In this document: piece after piece, positions 10,136 through 26,462 of the stretch
Numbering within the stretch: position 1 is the stretch's first letter
How the letters are laid out: every line of letters begins with the position of its first letter
NCBI GenBank assembly: GCA_964016885.1
Contig: OZ024742.1
Span: forward strand, 317,254,001-317,318,000
Source: Eledone cirrhosa
Taxonomy: Eukaryota
Direction of reading: 5' to 3'
DNA length: 64,000 nucleotides
Notes under the pieces: model-generated
What the model was told of the DNA's origin: nothing
Seen by the model: only the letters and a program-made list of their open reading frames with translations
Database searches by the model: none
Made by a program: the position numbers and the translations under genes

Positions 10136-10435
10136 GAAAACGAAAAATCAGTGATGCATCGGAACTCAATTTATTGTGTGTTACAATTATTGTGTGTTAC
10201 AGAAAGAGGATGCGCTCCGAAATCAATAGACGTGTCCGAGGAACCTGCGAGTCTAGAGTCAGGTAGCTCCACACACGGATCGCACCTCGCCGGGGAAACA
10301 ATTGTAACATACAATAAATTGAGTTCCGATACATCACTAATTTTTCTTTTTCCATTCTATAATACTCTGCTCCGTAGGAGCATAGAGTGCTCAACCGGCA
10401 TACCGCCTATGGAAGCATCTTAGCTACCCTTAGAC
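10129..10435 (+). mobile_element. Fold-back element in (TA)n with a hammerhead 3' half
   Basis: ~60-bp inverted repeat 10129-10188/10299-10360, internal hairpin gaggatgcgctccg/cggatcgcacctc, GAAAC-AATT-GTA motif, unique tail. Confidence 0.6.
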
Positions 10436-10539
10436 ATATATATATATATATATATATAATGAAAGAGTGAAGAATAACATGGTAAACAGTACAAAAAGGG
10501 TATTATTTACAGTATTATATATATATATATATATGTATA

Positions 10540-10570
<31 letters not shown>

Positions 10571-10674
10571 CTATATATATATATATATATAGTAACAATA
10601 AATTTGAAGAGTAAAATCCAAAGAGGTCTCGATAAGGATAAATATATGTCAAATATATAAGAACCGTAGAGCAA

Positions 10675-10773
10675 ATATTTATTAGAATAACAGATTAAAG
10701 TTTCAGAAGATCCCGTTAATGGCGAAAGCAGCGATTCTTTGCTTAAACTTTAATCTGTTATTTTAATAAATAT
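10675..10773. repeat. ~29-bp inverted repeat abutting (TA)n
   Basis: atatttattagaataacagattaaagttt / aaactttaatctgttattttaataaatat. Confidence 0.7.
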
Positions 10774-10786
10774 ATATATATATATA

Positions 10787-13500
<2,714 letters not shown>

Positions 13501-13949
13501 TAATAGGGGGGAGGGGGGGAAGGGGATTATAGTAAATATAGGTTTCAAGAAACATAGAATATTAATCTGCATTTAGATCATAATATGTGTTTACATAGTA
13601 GTTTCAGTATTAGGAAATGTAAGGAAGAAGGCAAAATTATGCATTTTAATATAAGTAGACTATTAATTATAGGTTAACTAAATTAAAGATAGTTAATATA
13701 TTGATTTCTAAGGTGTATACTACTTAGGTTTATAATATTTGAAGCGGAATTTTGAAGTTAAATAGTAGTAGAGTATTAATTATAGTATAACTAAATTAAA
13801 ATTATTAACGTTATGGTATCAATATTAGGAAATGAATTTAGTAATAGGGAAAAAAACCAAATAAAGTATTACATCGGTAGTAGAATATAAATTATAGGTT
13901 AACTAAATTAAAAATTATATATTAATTTCTATAGTATATGTTAATTAGG

Positions 13950-14346
<397 letters not shown>

Positions 14347-14364
14347 TATATATATATATATATA

Positions 14365-14463
14365 CAGGCTATCCCCAACATTTTATACACACTTTGATGA
14401 CATGTACAGGCAATATTTATCAGAATGCTGTTGAAATATGTATACATTTTGGGGGATACCCTG
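14365..14463. mobile_element. Tiny Tc1/mariner-type MITE
   Basis: ta|CAGGCTATCCCCAACATTTTATACAC ... ATGTATACATTTTGGGGGATACCCTG|ta: imperfect ~27-bp TIRs with TA flanks. Confidence 0.65.
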
Positions 14464-14478
14464 TATATATATATATAT

Positions 14479-14655
14479 AGGAAAAGAGTCAGGACCCCCA
14501 CGGCTGAACTCCGGCCGTTTCGACAGCTAGCTCGGATCTAGCTGTCGAAACGACCGTAGCTCAGCCGTCGGGGTCCTAACCCACTCTACTACCCTAAGTA
14601 TCGAGTAATCAGGTGCGCTATGTTCCACCTGGTTTTTTATCACACCTTCTTTGTT
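14479..14655 (+). mobile_element. Fold-back element family F1, third copy
   Basis: Hairpin centred on gacagctag/ctagctgtc, then GAAAC-GACC-GTA and the F1 tail ccactctactaccctaagtatcgagta. Confidence 0.7.
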
Positions 14656-16161
14656 ATATATATAACAGCGTTTCGAGTTCAATCTAAGTCTACAACAAGC
14701 ATAAGAAGACGATTCTTCTCATCACTGGTATAATCTGTAAAAGTAACTAAGAATCAATCTTCATGGAAGGAAACGAGCAGTTTGAATGTAATGGCATATA
14801 GCACATAAATAATAATACAAAGTAGCAAAGATGAACATTAATTCATTTTCTCCTAACACATCTTAAACATTGTATCTTCAATGATAACACTGTCATGACT
14901 GGCCTTGTAACTTCCACAAGAACAGTTTCCAGTAATAGAGTGTCGAAGTGCGGTAGCAAACTCAATGGAAACAGGCAAAGAGTAACATTTGTCAACAGAA
15001 TATATGTGTCTGATGTGTGAGTGTATGTATATGTGTGTGAGTATGTGTGTGTTCGTATGCGTGTGTGTGTGTGTGTGTGTATGTGTGTGTGTGCGTGTGT
15101 GGGTGTGGGGGTGTGGGGGTGTATGTGTGTGGGTGCGTGGGTGAGTGCGGGTGGGTGTGTGTGTAAGTGAGTGTGAGTATGAGTCTGAATTTCTGTCCCA
15201 CTGCGTGGTAATATGGGTTTCTTTACAATAGCCTCGTGTCTACCCAAGCCTTCTGACTGAACCTAGAAAAACTGAAGCTAGTGGATGGATTGCACCTGTA
15301 ATGCAAGATTCATGCTGAATCTACCTGAAAAGTACACCTGTCTATAGAATACTCAACCGCGTACACCTTAATGCATGAGTCCGATGTTCAATTGATTGAA
15401 CGACTGAATAGTCATCGTCGAAACCAACGAAGGATCCATCACAGTGATATATGAGTAGGTGAATCTTTGTGCTTATGTACGTGGAAAAAGTACTCAATGC
15501 TGAAATTAGAACGTGCATGTGTTATTACACACTGAAGCTTTTTGAATTGTAAACCTAAGATAAGACAGAGAGTAGATTGAAACGAGTGACAATAGAAATA
15601 AAAAAGAAAAGGGGAGATGGTGGGAGAGATGTGAAGAAAGATGATAGGTGAAAGGAGTTAGGAAGAACAAGACAGAAGTAGTGTTTTGAAGAACAGTAAT
15701 AACACCTTTCCACGTATAATACTTTAGTAACCTTCACCCTTCCCGTAAAATATAATATAATATAATATACACAGATCATAGAAAACAGAAATCAATGTTT
15801 TATTTCTTGGGGTATCAATATATTATGATTCATTGTGATGTATATGTCCAATGTCATTTGATTTAGTATAACTAAATATAAGCAGGTTTTAGAAGATAGT
15901 GAAATAAGATCGCATTTACTTTGTTAAATAGATAATTTGATATTTACACAAAAGCAGCTAAATGGCATTATATACATCATAAAGAACGTGTCTTTGTTCT
16001 TAAACGAATTACTGATTAATGCATAGAATTAGTGCCGATTAATTCATAGACAATAGTGTTGTCAGAGAATCGATATATAAAAGTTTGAATCTCGCTACGA
16101 AACTCTTATTGTTCATACACACAAACACAGACACTCACACACATCTATATATATATGTGTG

Positions 16162-16192
<31 letters not shown>

Positions 16193-16199
16193 TTGTGTG

Positions 16200-16250
<51 letters not shown>

Positions 16251-16363
16251 GTAATCTAAAAAAAGGTTTTTCGAATATTAATGATAATATTCGAAAATCT
16301 TTTCGAAAACCAAGACTGGAATTGAACCATCAGCACAGTTGAGGTATGTCATACATCAATTTA

Positions 16364-16433
16364 TATATTTTATCTGATGAGAACGTACGGAAAAAACACC
16401 ACAGAACCTCCGAAATATATATAATAAAATATA
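16364..16433 (+). ncRNA. Minimal type I hammerhead ribozyme, homolog of 5490-5556
   Basis: TATATTTTAT-CTGATGA-(degenerate stem II)-GAAA-T-ATAT-ATA-ATAAAATATA: perfect 10-bp stem I and palindromic loop III. Confidence 0.6.
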
Positions 16434-17744
16434 TTTTGACTACGTTGAATGTCTATATTTCTATATGTTCTATGTCTATATACTCTATGTCTATATACTC
16501 ACACAAAAGTGAACACTTACGGACGACGAATGGAACCGAAATACGCAATGCTATATGTCAACTATTTGATTAATATTAGAATTCGTTGCTCGTATTTTAT
16601 ATTTAGATAACTTAAGATATATGTTCATTTTATTAAGGAATCTTGCAAAATATCAACGGGAAAGTAAATATCGTTGAACATCATAGCATGAATTCATATC
16701 TCTTCATTAACATATAGTCATACAAAAAGAATAAACATCTGTTATCCTCCCACTAATATCTTGCAGCACGCAAAGAACGTAGGGGAGGTTATTCGGTATC
16801 AGAGTTCAAGACAAACTAGAAATTAGTATACAGTTTAGAGGCGTCAAAATCAAATATGTTACATGATGACGAATTTCTTAGTCGGATTTTGCTAAATCTT
16901 AGGCACGAAAGATAAATTGTCTTCCTCCCGAAAGATATAAACCATGAAACTATTAATATTTTTGTTTGTGCAAATAGCCATCTATTAGATGCCACAACCA
17001 TTTATCAACTAAATCATAAGATGCAAATGGAGTAAAAGGCCTCATATATGATTTATTATAAGCATGCAGGATCTGAACTTCTAATCAGAAGGTAGCTGGT
17101 TTGGGTACACATATTTATCTGAAAATATAGTATAAGTTCTCATTGAAAATACGTATATACGTGTCAGGTTGAATATGTAATAGAGGTAACGAGATTTATA
17201 CGAGCTAATTCTCGACTAAATATAGATACAACCTAAATTCCTCAGAAAGATACTTGAAAGCAAAGGGGAAAAAACAACGGCAAAGAGCACAAAGACAAAT
17301 ATGTATAGCAAAGGAAAACAAATCGAAGTTTCAGACAATAGTGTATCCCCAGGAAATAATGTAGGAGAATTGAAAGAATGAAATTAAGAAAAAAAAATAG
17401 AATGGGGGTGGGGTGGTGGTGGTTCTTGCGTCGGCAGTGATGGTGGTGTTAGTGGTGGTAGTCTTATGTAAATTAAGTTCGTTATTGATACCATAGTGGG
17501 TAGCTTTTTTGAAGCTGAAGATTAATTACTGTTTCCGAAAAAGCTGGAATCGAGAGTACTAGCGTATTATATCATCACAATTGTGAGATGCGGGTGACTT
17601 AGAGAATTAAAATCTCGGGATTTAGGCCTGGCAGCTTTGGTGTTGTTACATAGGGCGTCAAATATATGGTTCTCAAAACAATCAGCCAAACCCTCACAAT
17701 AGAGTTGACATGCAATGTAGTATATGACTTCACACATTCTTGTA

Positions 17745-17998
17745 TTAACCCTTTCGTTACCATATTTCTAATGAAACGCAATGCCTAAGATTTTCAATTA
17801 ATTTTCTAAATAATAGATAGTTTGGAGATATATAGTAAAAAATCTTCTAATAATTAAACTGACACTTGGAGCTTAATGTAAAAGTGTTCTTAGATACATT
17901 TATGGTGGAACGTTTTTAGAAAGATATAAACACTCTAAAATAAACAGTGTTCTTGCCATTGAACCAGGAGAGCTTAGAAATATTTTGATATCAAAAGA
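17745..17998. mobile_element. Degraded piggyBac-type MITE
   Basis: Starts TTAA|CCCTTTCGTTACC. The right end gatatcaaaagaaa is only a degenerate match. Confidence 0.4.
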
Positions 17999-18324
17999 AA
18001 GAGCTTATTGAATAATAAGTAGCAAGATACATGTCTTGGAATATATACGAAATGGCCACGACTTGATAAGTTTGATCATATATGTGGTCCTTCAGAGCTC
18101 TCTTGATGTTAAACAACCACAACGACGAGATTTATACCATGTGTTTTTACTTTGTAATTGGTTTGAAACTGGTGAACCCGAACTATTGTACGCAGGTTTC
18201 GTTTATCTCTGATTGCATGTATCTATGGCATATAGGTCGACTATTGGGATACGTTCCACAGATCAATTGTTTCAGATATAACAACTCCCAGCCTAGCTGT
18301 AGGCCATGTTGTACACTCTGACAC

Positions 18325-18400
18325 AAATGTCTCTACGTTTTGAGTTTAAATCGTAACGAGGTCAACTTTGCTTATCATCCTTTCTAGGATTGATAGATAA
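18325..18400 (+). mobile_element. SINE family 1 internal fragment
   Basis: tacgttttgagtttaaatcgtaacgaggtcaactttgcttatcatcctttctaggattgatag aligns with the 6562 SINE core. Confidence 0.55.
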
Positions 18401-20661
18401 AGAGGTATACGTTTCGAATGCATTCTGAATTCAAATTCCATTCCCTGTTACTGTTATCACTGTGGTGCTTTGTCCAAGCGTTACAGACAATATATAGTAT
18501 CAACCATTGGAAAACTAAAGGAAACAATTTTCTTGAATTGTTATATTATCAGATTTTTTTATTTTATACTAATCCAGCGCACGAACTACAGTCGGATCCA
18601 TCGAAAAGAAATATTGTCCGTTAATATTTTAAAACAGCTCATTATATTTCATCCCACGTTCTTTTCTACTGCTTAATAAATACAAAAAGCATGTTAATAT
18701 GCAAAACAGTATCTGTGTAACTGAATTGTTAAAAGAGATGGGTTGCTTTGAGATATAACTAACAAGAAACAGAAAATGAATAAAGAGCATGCATATATAT
18801 GTGTTTATACATGTGTGAATTGGTTGAGATAAGAAAATCAATAGCTCTAAGTCACTTGCGTCTTCTTGTCGAAACTCTTCGATTACAGAGAGAGTGAAAA
18901 CAAAAGAGATAGATAAACAGGAGAATGATGAATAATGAGGATACCATGATGGGCAACTTCCTGTCAGTAGAGAATCTAACGGCAAGAATTGCAATAATAA
19001 CAACGACATCAATTACAATATTTCTTACATAGTCATGAAATATGATATATTTTTAAGGAAGAATCAGATAAGCAAGATTTGTTGTATACGACTGCAGTGA
19101 TGCAAAAGACGCTGGTATGACTGTGTAGTTAAGTGATCTGTATCCAGCTTCGAACCACGTGGTGTCTTAAGAAAGTGTTTTCTATTATAGCTTTGAGTTC
19201 ACCAAAAATTTATAAGAGGAATTTATTAAGTAATGAAAAGTACAGTTGACTACCGACAGGGTTGGAAATCCGAAATAAATAACACAAAGCATCCTGTTCA
19301 TTGGTGTACTGTTTCTTCTTATATCTTATGAAAACTAGACACGAATAAACGATACAAGTTCTATGACTATCAGCACTTCATGGACCACTATGACATATTT
19401 ATCCGCCTCAAATACATTTATGTTTGGATGCAGAACATTGATGATTGGATGTAAATCCGTAAAGGTTCGACTAACAGTATTTCCAGAGCAGAGATGTCTG
19501 GAAGTTATCTAATGAAGCTCCTCCAGAACAGAACATGCAGCCAATTCATTATCTCCGAAATCCAGAATTTTCCCGAGAAGGTCGCTGCTCTTCCACATCG
19601 CTAATTTTCTATACAGAGCTAATGTAATATAGGAGTTTCAATGGGTGTATTTACACAAACCTCTGACAACGCTCCAGATGTTTGCTTGATCTAAGCGGGA
19701 CTGTCTCATATTATTTCCATGTTAAGATGTATAGGACTACGATATTGAATGAGCACTTTCTTCTCTACGATGATAACGTAATTTAAAAGAGATTTCAGAG
19801 TTATATTTAGCATGTTGCTTCCGTTACTGACTCATTCAGCGATAGACCAATATTGTAACTGCTTTTATATTCTGGCGGTGGCATGTCATTTTTGTTGATA
19901 TATTTATTTTACTATTTAGCCAAGGATTGAAAGGTAGTGCTCAAGGCCCTTCCCTGTGCCTCCAAGACTGGTGGTAAGAGGGAGGATCTGTCCTCGAAAC
20001 TGAGGTACACCTTGATCGAATGCTTGCATCAGAGTGATCTCTGCTACCGGTATCCAAGTGCTAGGTGGTGGTGTTAAACCAGATGGCAGAATATCTCTAT
20101 CACTTTTCTTTTGTCTGTTATTGCAGATACTGTTGATATTGTTGGTTAAGTATGAAACTGTAACATATTTGATAATGGAATACAGTAAACAGCCTCAGAA
20201 GTGGAGATAATCAAAAATGTTATAACATAGTGGGGATTCTCTGTTGAGGATTGTATAGAAATTATAACACAGAGAGACAAAACTTTTGGTATAATTAAAT
20301 CTAATCACATCAAAGAACAGAATATTCTCAGTAAATTATTTTGTTTTAGCCCGAGAATCTTTTGGGGATAAAATGTATTAGATATCTAGAGTAAACGACG
20401 AAATCACATTAGTATAAAATGCGTTTGGAACGATTTTTTTTTTATCCTAATGCACAATTTAAAGATTTATATCTTTAATATAAATACAATATTCAATCGG
20501 AATATAATGAAATAATAATAACAATAACAACAATAATTAGTATCATTATATTGTTGCTGTTGTTTCCTTTGTTGTCCAGAAGGCCTCATACCTAAAATAA
20601 AGTACGTGTAACCAAAACAAGGTTACAAAATCTGTGGTATTATATCTAGAGAGAGAAGTAA

Positions 20662-20764
<103 letters not shown>

Positions 20765-21079
20765 CGAGAGCGAGAGAGAGAAATACATACATGCATACAA
20801 ACATAGAGGGCGAGAGGGAGAGAAAGAGGTGTGAGTGAGTCGTTGTTCAGGAATAAGGCGCAACACACGAGATGAACATTCAAAAGCTTATACCTTTCTC
20901 GTCCGTCACTCCCTGGACAATGAGATTTCGTACATAAGTATGATCATATTAGGCTTAGTTTGTTCGACGACTTGAACAAACTACAGGTAAGATGCATATG
21001 AGACATAACAACACCGTTGCGGGAGAGGAACACAACACCGTACCTCACGACTACGAGAGTAAAGCGAGTACATAAACCT

Positions 21080-21250
21080 ATAATTGTTTCTACTTTTGGC
21101 ACAAGGCCAGCAATTATCCTAGTGCATTACTGGTACTTTATTTTATCGAAGCCGTAAGGGTGAAAGGTAAAGTTAACCTCGGCGGTATTTGAACTCAGAG
21201 CGTAAAGGGTCATAATTCTATACTGCAAAGCATGGCGTCCGACCCTCTAG
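21080..21250 (-). mobile_element. SINE family 1
   Basis: Reverse complement of the 6562 SINE from the tail (aattgtttctacttttggcacaaggccagc) to catggcgtccgaccctcta. Confidence 0.85.
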
Positions 21251-22130
21251 GTCATACGGTTGGAAACAGGACAGTATTTGGTGCATTTAAGTTGAGTAAA
21301 TGGAAGTTGGGATATATAGATAGACTTAGACTTTCGTCTAAATAGTCATCGTAGAGGAGGGCCGACAAATATGTCTTGTCTCTTTCGAAGGAAAAGTAGG
21401 TGCCGGAAATTGGGGACTAGTAGCTAAGCATGTATCAGTAAGCAAAGAGGAGAGAACAGGAAGAGAATAGCAAGAATAGAATGTCACCTTCCTTTGTGTG
21501 GGTTTTACTACCACACATGTCAACTTGACCTTTTAATATATGCCATCAATCTTCTTCACTTCATCTCCGTTCTCGAATTGAGATATAACTTCGTATTAGT
21601 CCTGGGGTTATTTTGTGGCTGTATCATAGGACCTTTTATGAGTACCCGTAACTCTCTTTTGACCAAGTTCTCTTCTATATGTACTATAGTCAGGCGTATG
21701 TCGCAACAAGTTGCTTTTTCGATATTAGCAATAAAAGCACATGCGTAGAAACTGGACTTTCTGTTGCTGCTACATCATTCTGATTTCCACTCTACTCCCA
21801 CATTGAGATACAACTCCGACGTAGCCAAACATACATGTTGTCGCGGAGCGTACTCGTTCTCACACACAGCTCATAGTTTGTCACAAAGGAGATAACGGGA
21901 AAACGGTCAACTTCCGTACTAATTTCCTTGGCTGTGACACTAATGTTTCGTTACCTATGAGCAGCTTCGTGTTACAACAGCCGTGCGTAAGATTTCTCAT
22001 TGGCTTTGATATGAAATATTAAATATGTCATCTCCCAGTCAATCAAGAAGACATCTTTCATCAAAACATATCATTTTTCTTATTGCTTTTTACTAAAGGA
22101 ATTCCTCTTCCGAGGAAAAACTGTGCGTGT

Positions 22131-22300
<170 letters not shown>

Positions 22301-23476
22301 ACGCGCATACCACTCTGATTCGCAGGTCGAGAGAAATATTTGCCACTGATACTGTTACCTTCGTTGTTAAAGTATGTGCTACCATTAACTTCTTTTGTTT
22401 GCAACTGTGCTTTTTGGTTCAATTTTATTTATCATCATTATATTTAGTTGAGAGTTCATAATCGGTTAAATGCAGAGGTATTTGTGTTGCTACCTAGTAT
22501 GTGGCTAGCAGCTTTTCCTCCTCACAGCTGGTCATTGGGAATAACAATCAAACAAGCAAAATGCTTGTTTGCCAAAATGAAACCTTTTTAAAATGAACCT
22601 TATTTTTTCCAATACTACAAACTTTAAAGTGTCTTGAGGCCATTATGAACGAAATATACAAAAGCAAGGTGGTATTGTGTTTTTGTCGGTTTTTTTCATT
22701 CAAGTGGGTGTGTTAAAATCCTATTTTCTCGGAAGCTCTGCTAAAGGCTTCTGCTTACGGCAAGTAGTTGAGTGAAAGGGAAGGGAGAGACTATAAGAAA
22801 CAGAAATTGAATATTGCCATTTTCAGGCATTTCCGAAATGAATTGAACTTGTTTGAAATGCTCATTCCAAACAAAACCATGGACTTGACACGGTGAGAAT
22901 ATTTTCCTTGATTTTTCTATGCTTCCTCTCTCGTACACTTTCTCTCACTCATATAGTTGTGTTGCTACCCCTGTCAATAATAATAATAGCTTTATCTCTA
23001 ATATTGGCACAAGACCATCAATTTAGGAGAAAGGGAAATCCGATTAAACGTACCCCAATACTTAAGTGGTACTTTATTTTATCGACCTTGAAGAGAAATG
23101 GACAAAGCTGAACTAGTTAGAGCACTAAACCTGATAAACAAGGGACAATGCTAATTCTTGGACTATATACCAAGTAAACCTTGTATAAACGAAATTCAGA
23201 AAAACCTACTTAATACTACTGCTCACATTTGGCGAAGAACATTGTCAATGTTATTTTGAGAAAGCTAACCACGTATAAATCTTGTATATGATACATCCAT
23301 GGGCCAATTTTTCTACTTTATCCATTATTTTTGTATACAATTCTGGCTTTAAATGTGCTTACATTTGTTAATATAATGTACAACCTGTAAATATTCTAAT
23401 TGGTTTTACTGACTATATGTATCTGTAAATATTATATATAGACCTTTTGAATCTACAAATATTCTCTGTGTGCCTG

Positions 23477-23535
23477 TGTGTGTACGTGTATATATGCAAT
23501 AATGATACATTGTTGCATATATACACGTACACACA
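23477..23535. repeat. 28-bp-arm palindrome with a 3-nt loop
   Basis: tgtgtgtacgtgtatatatgcaataatg-ata-cattgttgcatatatacacgtacacaca, with one G-T wobble. Confidence 0.85.
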
Positions 23536-23658
23536 AAATATCATCAATAATCTATGATGCTAAGAAAAAGGAAATGCGTCATAATCATCAGCCACACCAG
23601 GCCCCTGGTTTAGACCCGGTCGGATGTATGTGAATGTACTGATATACAAGGAAATAAC

Positions 23659-24309
23659 AATAATTGTTTCTACTTTTGGCACAAGGCCAGCAAATTACCC
23701 AGTACATTACTGGTACTTTATTTTAGCGACCCCGTAAGGATGAAAGGAAAAGTTAACCTCGGCGGGATTTGAACACAGACCGTAAAGGGACGTAACTATG
23801 CTGGAAAGCATGGCGTCCGACTCTCTACTGATACTGCCAATCCACCAAATAACAATAATAATGATAGTTTCTGATATAGGCACAAGCCTAGCAATTAGAG
23901 AGGGGTAAATCGATTAAATCGACCCTAGAGTGTTACTGGTGTTTTATTTATTGACCCTCTAAAGATGAAAGGCAAATCTTACCTCGGCGGAATTTGAACC
24001 GAGAACGTAAAGGGACATAACTCTCTGCCGCGAAGCGGTGTGTCCGATACTCTACCGATTCTGCCAATCTACCGCCTTCATAATAATAATAATTGTTTAC
24101 ACTATAGGCACAAGGCCAGCAATATGTAGGGAGAGGAAAGCCGATTAAATCGACCCTAGTTTATTACTGGTGCTTTATTTATCGATTCCGTGAGGATGAA
24201 GCGCAAAGCTAACATCGGCAGAATTTGAACTCAGATCGTAAAGGGATGTAACCCTATGCCGCTAAGCATGGTGTCCGATGCTCAACCGATTCTGCCAATC
24301 CAACACCCT
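23659..24309 (-). mobile_element. Three head-to-tail SINE family 1 copies separated by (AAT)n
   Basis: Copies at ~23659-23848, ~23862-24077 and ~24090-24309, each with ggcacaag(g)cc(a)gcaa, ctggt(a/g)ctttattt and ctcggcgg(g/a)atttgaac. Confidence 0.85.
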
Positions 24310-24364
24310 AATAATAATAATAACAATTATTATTATTATTATTATTATTATTATCATTATTATT
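24310..24364. repeat. (AAT)n to (TTA)n polarity-switch microsatellite
   Basis: aataataataataacaattattattattatt... Confidence 0.9.
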
Positions 24365-24579
24365 GGTTGGTGAAGCCACGCTTCTTATCGCCTCCAGTCT
24401 TTTTCAACGTTTTACCTCTTTTTCAACCGTTCTAAACCTTTTATTCAAGTTTTAAATTTGATAAAAGTTTAGAAGAAGTGACCCACCTAATACAGGGGTT
24501 CACTAGTAAATAATACGGTACCCCTTTACGGGGTGTCGTATTCGTATTTGTGTAAAAATATTTTTTGAAAAATTTCAAC

Positions 24580-26462
24580 ATGGATAACACAAAAAAGAGA
24601 GAGAGCGCTGTCAGACAACACAGAGAGAGGGAGACTTTATCAGCATGTCAACAAGACAGCGTTCCAGCGGAGGTAAATATAAACGAAAATATTACAAAGG
24701 AAAAAAAGATTGTTACTGATTTAAAATTAACAAATATTTCTAACACAAACAACACCAACAATAACACCAACAACATCACCAACAACAACACCAAAAATAA
24801 CAGCGGTAAAGTCGAGAACGACAATAACAATGACAATAACAACAGCCACAACAACAATAATAACAACAGCCACAATAACAGTAACAGCGGCAACAGTATC
24901 AACGAAAACAACACCAACAACTGTACCAGCGAAAAGAACAACAATGACACCGATACCTGTAATAGCGACCTCAGCACCACCAGTAAGACCAGTAGCGGCA
25001 GCAATAGTGGTGCTGCTGAAAAAGGGTCACGTCTTTTGCAGGTGTCGCCCGAAATATCGAGACAGTGTTAGTCACAGAGGAGGAGATGGCAGTCGCAAGG
25101 GCCATGGTGACAAGAAGCGCAAATAGAGTTTCCCTGAAACCTCCACCCGATTTTTTCAATGACCAGCAGCTACGAACGGTGACTTACCGCACCGTAAGCA
25201 AAATCTCGCATCGAGTGGAGAGAGCCACGGAGGCTCAAATCCCAAAGGCCTTGGGGTGCGTCTGGGCACGCAAAACCCACATCACCCGAGGCAGAAAGTA
25301 CGCCACAGTAGACGTACTTTTCGCCACCCCCCAGGAAGCAAAGTCTCACTTTTTGGAAACCCTAAAGAGTGAGGAGTTAGTCTTGGTGCCCTCCTACTGC
25401 GGGCAGAAAATTGTGAGGGTCAAAGTGACCCAGGTCCCACCAGACGTGCCCATACCTTGGCTGGCCGCGTCTGTCCTTGCTGGAATTGAGAACAAGGCGA
25501 CCATGCTGCAAGTAAAAAAAATAGGGAGAGAGAACTGGTCAGGTATAGGCATGCAAATGCTTATACAAACTGACCAGAAATGTATCGAGGCTATCCCCGA
25601 TATCATAGACTTTGAGGAAGGACTCCAACTCCCTATAAGTGTAGAAGGAAGACGGCCAAAATGTTATCTCTGTGGGTCGAAAGGTCACGTCAGGGCCTTT
25701 TGCCCGCAGAAGACACCGAAGAGGGCCCCTCTCCTTCCAATACCTGGTCCGCTGCTACCAAGAGCAGGACAGGCAACAAACGAAGAAGCCCCTTCCACGG
25801 TGAGTATGAGGGCAACGTCCGTAGCACCCGTACCAAGGCCACGGATAACTAAAGCAGCATCATCAGTAGCGGCAACACCAATAGCTACATTTGAAATAGC
25901 TACACCAGCAACAACATTCCCGAAGAGGGCTCCACTACCACCACCAACAGCCGTGGAGCACATACCCCTCCCAGACGCCACAGAATCCGACATGGAGTTT
26001 GAGGCGGGAGTGACGTGGCAAACAGTCTGCCACAAAAAAGAAAAAAGAAAAAAACCCTTAGATTCACCCTCCAAAAGCGAAGGCATAAAAAGAGGAGTAA
26101 AGGCAGCAAGGAAACTTGCAGCAACACCACCACAAACACCAACAACGCAAACACAACAAGATACACACACCAAACAGCAACAAGAAGAAAACGGCAACAA
26201 AATCCCCCCTCCCCCCAAAATGTACACAGCCATAAACATAGCAAAAAAAGAACTCATAAAATATATAAAGCAGCACACAGACATCACGGAAAAAAATGAC
26301 TACACCCCACCAACACCAAGAACTCTCCTGACAAACATAAGCATCATCGAAATCTCAATAGAACAATACAAACCTTTAAAACAAAAATTCCCCAACGCAG
26401 TTGGAGACTTCAGAGGGACGGTTACCAAGAGGATATACACTGACATCCTCTTGGAAACACCC
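24580..26462 (+). pseudogene. ORF1 of element A (Asn-rich N-terminus, zinc knuckle)
   Basis: ORFs 24565-25071 and 25065-26498 with CYLCGSKGHVRAFC. Fused at ~26462 to ORF2 residues LTGAVVNNRW. Confidence 0.85.

Noticed and set aside
21700-22060. Possible promoter or first exon of a minus-strand gene
   Set aside because: Only a CpG-richer patch and a donor-like AG|GTAAC are present, and no supporting coding exons could be identified.
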